From: Planctomycetota bacterium
GTDB taxonomy: Bacteria > Planctomycetota > SZUA-567 > JAFGGJ01
Direction: 5' to 3'
Length of the DNA: 64,000 nt
NCBI GenBank assembly: GCA_016930595.1
Contig: JAFGGJ010000067.1
Coordinates: forward strand, 2,275-66,274
The notes under the pieces were generated by a model, which ran no database searches, was not told the origin of the DNA, and saw only the letters and a program-made list of their open reading frames with translations. Shown here in pieces: positions 30,618 through 38,363 of the stretch. The position numbers and the translations under genes were made by a program. Within the stretch, counting starts at the first letter, position 1. Every line of letters starts with the position of its first letter.

Positions 30618-31105
30618 TCTTGAGTCTCCAACCAGGCGCGCTCCACCTTTTCCAGGTGAAGGCGGCTTTCCCTGACGATAACGTGCAAGACGTCACGGAG
30701 GTCCGTGGCATCGTTTTCCGCCGTTGCGAACAGCTTGTTTTCGACCAGCGAGCGTTCGAGGTCCAAGGCGGTGGCGAGGCTCTGCTTCATCGACATGGAG
30801 CCCAGTTCAGCTTCGCCTTTCATGCCTTCGACGTAGGCTATTGAATTCAGGACGGTTTTCGTATCCACTTTTCCGGCAATCAGAGCGAGAGCGGCATCAT
30901 CGAGCCTGGGGCGGATTCCTTCAAGGCGCCTGGCATGGACGGCTTCTTCCTGGGCCAGGACCCAGAAGAAACCCTTGCCGCCTTCCACGTGCCTGGAAAA
31001 CGCCTCGTAAAGGGACTGCAGGGATCTTTCGTGCCTGGCAAGCAGTTGCAGGACATCGTCATCAGGGACATCGTCTTTGGGGGCCACGTCAGCATTCCCC
31101 GGCAT
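30614..31105 (-). CDS. ferritin-like / rubrerythrin-like diiron four-helix-bundle protein
   Basis: The ORF track extends to 31657 across the divergent gene. ATG at 31105 gives 163 aa with paired E...ExxH motifs (AQEEAVH, VRESRLH). 4-nt overlap with the downstream gene. Confidence 0.5.
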   Translation of the reverse strand: MPGNADVAPKDDVPDDDVLQLLARHERSLQSLYEAFSRHVEGGKGFFWVLAQEEAVHARRLEGIRPRLDDAALALIAGKVDTKTVLNSIAYVEGMKGEAELGSMSMKQSLATALDLERSLVENKLFATAENDATDLRDVLHVIVRESRLHLEKVERAWLETQE

Positions 31106-31242
31106 ACAGTCCGACACACAGTATACCCGCAGCCGTGCCGGCTCAAAGTGGATAACCCGGGATGCAGGCGCGTGTCCCGGCAGGAGCGGGTCCGAGCTTG
31201 CCCTGAATTCGGAAGGTCGTATATTACCATGCCGAAGGAGCG

Positions 31243-32421
31243 ATGCGCGTGACACACAGGGAACGTATCCTTGCCGCATGCCGCGGCGAAAAACCCGACC
31301 GCATACCATGGGTCCCCCGCATGGACCTGTGGTACAACGCCCACGCGAGGAGCGGAGACCTTCCGGAACAATTCGCCCGGTGTTCTCTGCGGGAAATCGC
31401 CCGCGAGCTGGGAGTCGGCTATCACACGGTCGTGCCGAATTTCCTGGATGTCCGGTCACGGGAAGACACCGCCGACAGGTGCCTGGGCATCTACCGGCTG
31501 AAGAACATGGCGTTCGAAACGGTTCTGTCGGGCGTAGACAGGGTCCTTGCGCCGGAGAACGGCATGACCCGGGTAACTTACCACGCTCCCGCCGGTTCGC
31601 TGACGGGCGTTTTCGGGTATTCCGAGGACATGAAGGAAGCCGGCGCTTCCATCCCATGGGTGACCGAGCAGCTCATCAAGAAACCCGGCGATTACGAAAT
31701 CCTCGCGAACATCTTCGCCAACCTGCAGGTGCGCCCCACCTATGACAAATATTCGGCGTGGCAGCAGTGGGTCGGCGATGACGGCGTAGCGGTGGCTTTC
31801 GGCAATCTTTCCGCATCACCAATGCACCACATCATGCACCAGGTCATGGACATGAACGACTTCTACATGGCGCTCTACGACCGTCCCGACGAACTGAAAC
31901 TGCTTGCCGCAAGCATGGAGCCGTGGTTCAAGGCGATGTTCGACGTTCTTGCGGGGAGTCCCGCGGAAATAGTCTTCATGGGCGGGAACTACGATGCGAC
32001 CATCACGTACCCGCCTTTTTTCGAGGAGCATATTCTCCCGTGGGTGGCGTCATTTGCCGATCAGCTTCATGCCGAAGGCAAGCTTCTTCTCAATCACACC
32101 GACGGTGAGAATACCGGTCTGGTTCCCCTCTACAGCCGGTGCCATTTTGACATAGCGGATTCTTTCTGTCCGCGACCGATGACCCGAATGACTCTGCCCG
32201 AATTCGCCGACCGCCTGCCCGGCCTGACGATATGGGGCGGGATACCTTCGGTTTCGCTCTGTCGCGACAGCATGCCCGAAAAAGATTTTGACCGTATGCT
32301 CGACGACACGCTCAGCTTCGCCGAAGGGCGAACGCACCTCATCCTCGGCATCGCCGACACAACGCCGCCCGACGCCGACTTCAACCGCATCCTGAAGATA
32401 ACCCGGCGCGTTTCAGCCTGA
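31243..32421 (+). CDS. URO-D/MtaA family protein, paralogue E
   Basis: 392-aa ORF with N-terminus RERILAACRGEKPDRIPWVPR and NHTDGENTG where relatives have HxCGN. RBS gaaggag. Confidence 0.7.
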   Translation: MRVTHRERILAACRGEKPDRIPWVPRMDLWYNAHARSGDLPEQFARCSLREIARELGVGYHTVVPNFLDVRSREDTADRCLGIYRLKNMAFETVLSGVDRVLAPENGMTRVTYHAPAGSLTGVFGYSEDMKEAGASIPWVTEQLIKKPGDYEILANIFANLQVRPTYDKYSAWQQWVGDDGVAVAFGNLSASPMHHIMHQVMDMNDFYMALYDRPDELKLLAASMEPWFKAMFDVLAGSPAEIVFMGGNYDATITYPPFFEEHILPWVASFADQLHAEGKLLLNHTDGENTGLVPLYSRCHFDIADSFCPRPMTRMTLPEFADRLPGLTIWGGIPSVSLCRDSMPEKDFDRMLDDTLSFAEGRTHLILGIADTTPPDADFNRILKITRRVSA

Positions 32422-32441
32422 TATTTTTCGAGGGAACACAA

Positions 32442-33356
32442 GTGGGATTCGCCTATATCGCCATCGTCCTGGCCGCATGGACCGTCATCCCGTTTACCTA
32501 CCGCGTGGTGGAGAAGCGCGGCGCCAACCGCTTCTTCATGGCATCGGGGATGGGCCTGACGGCACTGATCCTGACTATAGGATATGCGCTGGTGAGCCGC
32601 ACCAGCCCGGCGGATGCCGCACCCAGCCAGTTCATCATTGGCCTTATCCTGGGGTGTGCACAGGTTGCGCTCATGCCCATTTTTCTGGCTGCCGTGGCCC
32701 GTGGAGACCTTTCCGTCACCTGGACCGTTCTCACCCTGTCTTTTTCGCTCGCCTCGCTCCTGTCGATGATCTATCCCGACGGAGCGCCGTCGCCGACCGG
32801 TTTCGCCGGTCTGGCCTGTGCGGCCGTCGCTATTCTATTCATCGGGATCGACACCCGCCGGCGTGCAGCCGCCGCGGGGACGACCTCCGGCATTCGTAAG
32901 GGATGGGGCTTTTTCATCACCCTGTCGTTTCTTCTCAACAGTCTCAATCTTTATCTTTTCAGTCTCGCTGCACATTTTGCCCCGGACACCGGACTGGGAC
33001 ACAAGACGGCATTCCTTGCCGCGTCATCCGCCGCAATGTTTGCGGGGAGCCTTCTTCTCGGATTATTTCTCCGCCGCCCCGAACCAGCGGGAACCGGTTT
33101 CAAAATCGGCCTGATTGCGGGGAATTGCTCATTCCTGGGGTGGCTCTTCTCCCTGCTGGCCCTCTCCAACGCCGGCATCCCCGGTTATGTGCTCTATCCC
33201 GCCACGACGGGGGGGTCGAACATACTCGTAATAGCGATATCCGTCATATTTCTTCGCGAACGTCCGGGACGCTGGGGCTGGCTGGGTATTGCCGCGGGCA
33301 TATGCTCTTTCATACTGCTGGGACTGGCCGCTTCCCAATCATCCGTTCCGCAGTAA
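32442..33356 (+). CDS. 10-TM membrane protein, DMT/EamA-like transporter
   Basis: 304-aa ORF with a GTG start. Two roughly 5-TM halves. No specific motif recognised. Confidence 0.45.
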   Translation: MGFAYIAIVLAAWTVIPFTYRVVEKRGANRFFMASGMGLTALILTIGYALVSRTSPADAAPSQFIIGLILGCAQVALMPIFLAAVARGDLSVTWTVLTLSFSLASLLSMIYPDGAPSPTGFAGLACAAVAILFIGIDTRRRAAAAGTTSGIRKGWGFFITLSFLLNSLNLYLFSLAAHFAPDTGLGHKTAFLAASSAAMFAGSLLLGLFLRRPEPAGTGFKIGLIAGNCSFLGWLFSLLALSNAGIPGYVLYPATTGGSNILVIAISVIFLRERPGRWGWLGIAAGICSFILLGLAASQSSVPQ

Positions 33357-33471
33357 GATATGTCATATGGGACTGCTGTTTCAAGCACACTATACCGGTT
33401 GTCGATAACTCCGTTGGAGAGCGTCTGATAATGTGCCCTCCCGCGTCTGGTACCGATAGGAGAGCCTTGTA

Positions 33472-35739
33472 ATGGACCAACAACCTCCCGCCCCGCCGTA
33501 CGACGTCGGGAATATTCTCCGTGCGCAGAGAAAGCTCATGTCCGGCGGAAATCAGCCACACCGGGAGCAGGCGGACGAACGTCAGAGCGCCGTGCAGCAA
33601 TTCTGGGTTCAGTCCGTCACCATTCTCCGTTACCGCTGGCCATGGGGCCTGGCATCCTTTCTCATAGTTCTCATCGTCACCGCCGTCCTTCTTGTTTTCA
33701 CTCCGGAACAACACAGGGCCAGCGGACAAATGGTGCTTGTACAAAACGTCACCGGGATTACGGGCATGGACCAGCTTTTTTCGTGGCGGGTGTACTTCTC
33801 AAACATTGCGATTTCCCGTCTGGGGTCCATGTCCCGGACCGGCATGCGAGCCCATGCCCATCTCAATTCCTGGATAACCGATCCGGCATCACGCCCGCCT
33901 ACTCTTCCCGAACTGCCGCAGGAAACGGCCCAGGCCCTTGCATCGCTGTCCTCCAACGCCCTCCTCGGCATGGTCAGCGTCACCCCCGACACGGAAAACG
34001 TCGCCGTACAGGTCGATGCCTGGGGGCAGGACCGCGTGCTTATTGCCTACGTGGCCCAAGCGGTTCTCGAAGGCCTGATCGACACGCTCATTGAGCATGA
34101 AAAGACCGCTGTAAACACTTCCGAGCTTGAACGCATCATCCTTTCGACCCAGAACGAACTCAACACCATCGACAAGGAGACTTCTTCCATTTATTCCCGA
34201 GGTATCGAACAGGGGCTTATTCCCGAAGATATCAGCCGTGCTCTCGACAAGCTCGAAGAAATCAACCGCCAGATCGAAGAAGCCCGCTTCGAAATCATTG
34301 AAACCGATAACCGCGTCCGGATATACCAGTCGGTTCTCACCAATCCGGAACAGCTTACCGGTGAATTCACGCTGCCGCCTTCGCTTACGGAAGAACTTAT
34401 GGCCAAGGAACTCCTTCTCGACGAATACAAGCGCAAGTACACGCCGGAAAACCCCAAGTACAAGAAACTCGTCCGCGAGCTCGAAACCCTCCGTGAAACC
34501 ATCCGGCAGGTCAAGAAGGATCCGCAGCGTTACGGCATCTCCGGTACTCCCGTCCAACTCTCGTGGCAGTTCCAGAACCTCGGCCTTTCCGTCGCCAGCG
34601 AACGCGCCAAGAAAGCCGCCCTTGAAGCCCGAATCGAAAACCTTCTGCAGCAGCGCATCAATCTCGAAAAAGCCATAGCCAGCTCCGATATCAAGAACGA
34701 CACCATCCGCCTCCGGATGCTCGACAAGCGGCGAGAAGCTCTCCGCTCTCTTCTGAACGACCTTAATCGGCGGCTCGAGCAGGCCCGGTGGGTCCAGGAA
34801 GGTCTCGACAAACACGACCCCAATTTCACCAAAGTCGAACAGATCCCCGTTTCCGTGTCGCACGCAGACGCCCCCCGTGCAGCCGTCATCGTCGTCGCCC
34901 TGCTACTGGGTCTCGCCGCCGCAGCTTTTGCCATGCACTGGATCGAAGCCACAGATCCAACCATCCACGGGACTGAAGCCACGGAAAACCTTGCAAAAGC
35001 GCCGGTACTGGCCGATATACCTTTCTTCAATGCCGACCCCTTCATCTTCCCGGAAAACCCTTCGACCAGGACCGCCAACGTTTTCAGCCATCTCAGGAAC
35101 CACCTCCGGTACAGCAGCACCAATCACCCGGAAAAAGCCGTTGTCGTCACCAGTCCACGGCCGGGCGACGGCAAGACCTTCGTCGCCGTGAACCTTGCAA
35201 TCTCTTTTGCCCAGGAAGGCAACTCGACCGTTCTGATGGACTGCGACCTCCGACACGCGCGCAAGGATGTCTACAGGGAAGCCCTTCTCCTGCAAGGCAC
35301 GGACAACATGGGCCTCCTGCCTTACTTTGAAAATCCGCAGATCCCGCTGGAAAACATACTGGCCGCCACTGAAATGCCGGAACTCGTCGTCATCCCTGCA
35401 GGAGGCGTGGCGCACAACCCTCCCCGCCTTCTCCGCTCACAGGCATTCACCAGTCTCCTGGCCACCCTGGAAGAACATTTTGACGTGGTCATCATAGACA
35501 CCCCGCCGGTCATTCCCGTTGTGGACGCCGGCGTCATAGCCGAACAGGCCAGGGGCGTCCTTGTCGTCGCGAAGTGGGGTGTTACGCGCAACCGCGAACT
35601 GTCCACCACCGTTGAACGCGTCCGGCACGTAAGAGGCACCATACTCGGCATGGCTCTCAACTGGAGTCCCAAGGGACAACCGGATTATTACTATTATGCC
35701 CAGAACACTTCAACCCCCATTCCGGCCGCCGGCGACTAG
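33472..35739 (+). CDS. polysaccharide co-polymerase / tyrosine autokinase (Wzc/GumC-like BY-kinase)
   Basis: 755-aa ORF with an N-terminal TM, a long coiled-coil periplasmic region and a second TM. Walker A SPRPGDGKT, A' VLMDCDLR, B VVIIDTPP, and a C-terminal Tyr cluster DYYYYAQ. Confidence 0.8.
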   Translation: MDQQPPAPPYDVGNILRAQRKLMSGGNQPHREQADERQSAVQQFWVQSVTILRYRWPWGLASFLIVLIVTAVLLVFTPEQHRASGQMVLVQNVTGITGMDQLFSWRVYFSNIAISRLGSMSRTGMRAHAHLNSWITDPASRPPTLPELPQETAQALASLSSNALLGMVSVTPDTENVAVQVDAWGQDRVLIAYVAQAVLEGLIDTLIEHEKTAVNTSELERIILSTQNELNTIDKETSSIYSRGIEQGLIPEDISRALDKLEEINRQIEEARFEIIETDNRVRIYQSVLTNPEQLTGEFTLPPSLTEELMAKELLLDEYKRKYTPENPKYKKLVRELETLRETIRQVKKDPQRYGISGTPVQLSWQFQNLGLSVASERAKKAALEARIENLLQQRINLEKAIASSDIKNDTIRLRMLDKRREALRSLLNDLNRRLEQARWVQEGLDKHDPNFTKVEQIPVSVSHADAPRAAVIVVALLLGLAAAAFAMHWIEATDPTIHGTEATENLAKAPVLADIPFFNADPFIFPENPSTRTANVFSHLRNHLRYSSTNHPEKAVVVTSPRPGDGKTFVAVNLAISFAQEGNSTVLMDCDLRHARKDVYREALLLQGTDNMGLLPYFENPQIPLENILAATEMPELVVIPAGGVAHNPPRLLRSQAFTSLLATLEEHFDVVIIDTPPVIPVVDAGVIAEQARGVLVVAKWGVTRNRELSTTVERVRHVRGTILGMALNWSPKGQPDYYYYAQNTSTPIPAAGD

Positions 35740-35752
35740 AGCCTTTCGGCAG

Positions 35753-36211
35753 GTGGCAGCAGAGGTTTCCGCCGCGCTGCTTGTGCTTTGTGTATCTGCG
35801 GCGACGCTGGAAGCCGTGGAACTGGACAAAGCCGTCACCAACCTGCGGGATGGGATCAAACCGGACTCCAACGAACAGGCGTTCTGGCGGCAGGTCTACA
35901 AAAGCTGGATTGACAGTGAGGCTTCTGGAGCACCTTCGGGAGACCCCCTGCTGGGCAAGGCGCTTTCTTCTCTGGCCGAAGGCGAACTTCCCGATGAGCA
36001 GGGGACTTCCGCCGTACTCCGGCTCTACAACGTCACCCTCAGCAGGCAGAAAGCGCTTTCCCAGGATTACACTCAGAGCGAAGTCAGGCGCCCTGGAACG
36101 CGCCCGCGAAACCGTGGAACGAGCAACTACCTCATGTATTTCGGCGTGTTTGCGGGCTTTCTGCTTGCCATTGCCGTTCCGGCCGTACTGGGCAGACTTT
36201 ACAGACCGTAG
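35753..36211 (+). CDS. hypothetical protein (signal peptide + C-terminal TM)
   Basis: GTG at 35753 follows just after the Wzc stop, in frame with ORF 35696-36211. Codon usage looks plausible. No homology recognised. Confidence 0.3.
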   Translation: MAAEVSAALLVLCVSAATLEAVELDKAVTNLRDGIKPDSNEQAFWRQVYKSWIDSEASGAPSGDPLLGKALSSLAEGELPDEQGTSAVLRLYNVTLSRQKALSQDYTQSEVRRPGTRPRNRGTSNYLMYFGVFAGFLLAIAVPAVLGRLYRP

Positions 36212-36290
36212 CTTCGTGCGGACACCGCTGACAACATGCTGGCGAATGTCCGCAGCAGACGTATAATCAGCTTGATCCTGCATCTGGTGT

Positions 36291-36368
36291 CGGGGCGTAG
36301 CTCAGCTTGGCTAGAGCGCCTGGTTTGGGACCAGGAGGCCGGTGGTTCGAATCCACTCGCCCCGACCA
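36291..36368 (+). tRNA. tRNA-Pro (anticodon UGG)
   Basis: Folds as a cloverleaf. Acceptor CGGGGCG/CGCCCCG, D arm GCTC..GAGC, anticodon arm CCTGG-TTTGGGA-CCAGG, T arm GGTGG-TTCGAAT-CCACT, discriminator A, encoded CCA. A TATAAT hexamer lies at 36262-36267. Confidence 0.92.
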
Positions 36369-36457
36369 GTTTCGTGGAAGCGACCGCTTCCCCATGCATC
36401 ACCAACTTAACTCTGGTACAATGGTTAGGGGTAGTTTACTGCGAGGGAAAACTTGAG

Positions 36458-37780
36458 ATGGACTCAAAGTATGACGTGATTGTATTCGGTGGAGGAACAG
36501 CAGGGGCTATTGCTGCAGTCCAGGCGGGCCGTGCAGGTGCTCGCACACTACTGGTTGAAAAGAACGCCATGCTCGGGGGCACCATGACCGTGGGGGGCAT
36601 AAATGCTCCGGCCCATTTCTTTGCATGGGGTGAACAGATCATTGGCGGAATCGGATGGGAGCTGGTACGCAGAACCTTGGAAGAAACAGGCCAGCCTGTA
36701 CCCACACCCGAATTCACACGCGACAATAGCAAACCCAAACACCTGAGCATGGACAAAGCCATATTTGCCGCACTCTGCGACCAGGCAGTGCTGGACGCAG
36801 GTGTTGACCTGCTTTTCCACGCTATGCCTGCAGGTGTTGCGTTCGAGGATGATATATGGACCGTCACCGTCTGCACTAAGTCGGGCCTTGAGAGAACCTG
36901 TGCAAAGACGCTCATTGATGCTACGGGTGATGCCAACGTAGTCTCTTTAGCCGGATTCGAATTGGTCCGTCCGGAGGTGGTGCAGCCTGCAACCCTGCAT
37001 ATACACTGCTCAGGATACAATGTTCAGGAATTGGACTTCGATGCGCTCAGAGCTGCCTCCGAAAAAGCTATTGCAGCCGGAGAGTTAAGAACAACCGACA
37101 TTTCCTGGAATGACAATGGACCTGAGGGATTCTTAGAACGGCGTGGCCACAATGCAAATCATCTAAGGGCTGCAGGGGCTGAGACAAGTGCAGGCAAGTC
37201 TGCCGCCGAGGTTGAAGCACGCCAAGCAGTACTGCGCATGTACCGTTTTTTCAGAAAGCAGCCCGGGCTCGAAAACTTCCGTGTGGATTGGATCTGTTCA
37301 GAAGCAGGTATCCGTGAAACTGCCACCATCAAAGGCAAATCAACAGTCACTGTGGCAGACTACGAATCGGGCAAGGTCCATGATGATGCTGTCTGCTATG
37401 CCTTCTATCCGATCGATGAACACCTGAATGACGGCAAAGGGATAAACTGGCGTGCCCTTAACCAGAACGTGCTTCCGACCATTCCGCGCGGGGCATTGCT
37501 CCCTGCTGACAGCCGGTTCCTCCTTGTGGCAGGCCGTTGCCTTGCCAGTGACCGGGAAGCCAATTCTGCGCTTCGCGTTGAATGCCCCTGCATGGCCATG
37601 GGACAGGCAGCTGGAGCCATGGCTGCGCTCAGCGCACAAACAGGTGTTGATCCGGAAGAACTTCCCCTGGATGATATATATTCTCTCCTTCGCAAACACG
37701 GAGCAGTCGTTCCCGGAGACGTAACGGTTTCTACCGAACTATCGGATGCAGGGAATCCACTTAAGGCGGATACCCGATGA
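36458..37780 (+). CDS. FAD-dependent oxidoreductase (GlcNAc/glycan-locus-associated FAD_oxidored type)
   Basis: The ORF track starts at 36236 but would read through the tRNA. ATG at 36458 gives YDVIVFGGGTAGAIAAVQAGRAGARTLLVEK (a GxGxxG dinucleotide fold). Confidence 0.75.
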   Translation: MDSKYDVIVFGGGTAGAIAAVQAGRAGARTLLVEKNAMLGGTMTVGGINAPAHFFAWGEQIIGGIGWELVRRTLEETGQPVPTPEFTRDNSKPKHLSMDKAIFAALCDQAVLDAGVDLLFHAMPAGVAFEDDIWTVTVCTKSGLERTCAKTLIDATGDANVVSLAGFELVRPEVVQPATLHIHCSGYNVQELDFDALRAASEKAIAAGELRTTDISWNDNGPEGFLERRGHNANHLRAAGAETSAGKSAAEVEARQAVLRMYRFFRKQPGLENFRVDWICSEAGIRETATIKGKSTVTVADYESGKVHDDAVCYAFYPIDEHLNDGKGINWRALNQNVLPTIPRGALLPADSRFLLVAGRCLASDREANSALRVECPCMAMGQAAGAMAALSAQTGVDPEELPLDDIYSLLRKHGAVVPGDVTVSTELSDAGNPLKADTR

Positions 37781-37797
37781 CCTGGCCACCAAAGGTC

Positions 37798-38151
37798 TCA
37801 TGCACAGCGTGGCTTCCATACGTCGAACTGGATGTGGAGATAGATGGGGGGTAGAATCCTTTTTGATAGATTGGGGTCGCCCCGACCATCAGCAAGGAAG
37901 AATTCGCTGTTTTGGCCGTTCGCTAGCTCCTTTGCTTGCAGGTAGTTATGAGTCATGCGAATTTCGGCCATTTTCTTTTCTGGATGTATCGTAATGCTTT
38001 CAACCAGTAATGATGCAAATTTCTTCTTTTCAGACAGGGTCGCGGCATTCCATAAGGAGCGGAATTCCTTGGCGAGTTCAAGTAGCCTGCCGACTATTTT
38101 CGAAGACGAGACGGCGTTTTCGGATATTTCGGTAGAATTCCCCAAGTCCAA
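37798..38151 (-). pseudogene. possible C-terminal remnant of a (serine) site-specific recombinase
   Basis: 117-aa ORF in the lower-GC stretch. RSLWNAATLSEKKKFASLLVESITIHPEKKMAEIRM resembles the W..a..eEKr.ll..lie.i.v tail of large serine recombinases. No catalytic domain is present. The ORF tail reads through the 12-bp att-like repeat. Confidence 0.3.
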
Positions 38152-38363
38152 CTTCAGCTTGCGGCGGGTCGTCTACACCAAGGCGAGTTGGAGATCCTTG
38201 GCGAAGGCTGTCCGCTGTGCCCGCCGATTCCGAAGGCGGATGTTACCATTCGTTCTTGCCCGTATCAAACTTGGCATGGCAGGAGTCATCTGGTATGGAC
38301 GGGCAGAAACGCGCGGCTTAGAATACACTTCCAAGATAGACGGGAATTCTCTGTCGGGAGGGC

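Larger units (their letters stand above)
36357..38151. mobile_element. putative decayed integrative islet at the tRNA-Pro 3' end
   Basis: The 12-bp direct repeat TCGCCCCGACCA occurs at 36357-36368 (tRNA 3' end) and at 37877-37888. Hand-counted 60-nt lines here have lower GC. A recombinase-like remnant lies just beyond the second repeat. Confidence 0.4.

Noticed and set aside
31106-31657. N-terminal 184 codons of the 347-aa ORF 30614-31657(-).
   Set aside because: It is Arg/Pro/Gly-rich, has no motif, and overlaps the well-supported divergent URO-D gene (31243-32421). ATG at 31105 yields a compact diiron-type protein.
33357-33400. Hairpin gcagt-N17-actgc after the DMT-like gene, considered as a terminator.
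   Set aside because: It has a 5-bp stem, a 17-nt loop and no U-tract, so support is insufficient.
36262-36267. Perfect TATAAT 24 nt upstream of tRNA-Pro. A similar TATAAT lies on the minus strand at 60672-60677, upstream of the pseudopilin operon.
   Set aside because: No acceptable -35 element sits at 16-18 nt spacing in either case. These are noted only as weak hints, not called as promoters.
36236-36457. N-terminal extension of the FAD oxidoreductase ORF.
   Set aside because: It would be translated straight through the tRNA-Pro gene. The internal ATG at 36458 gives the canonical GxGxxG N-terminus.
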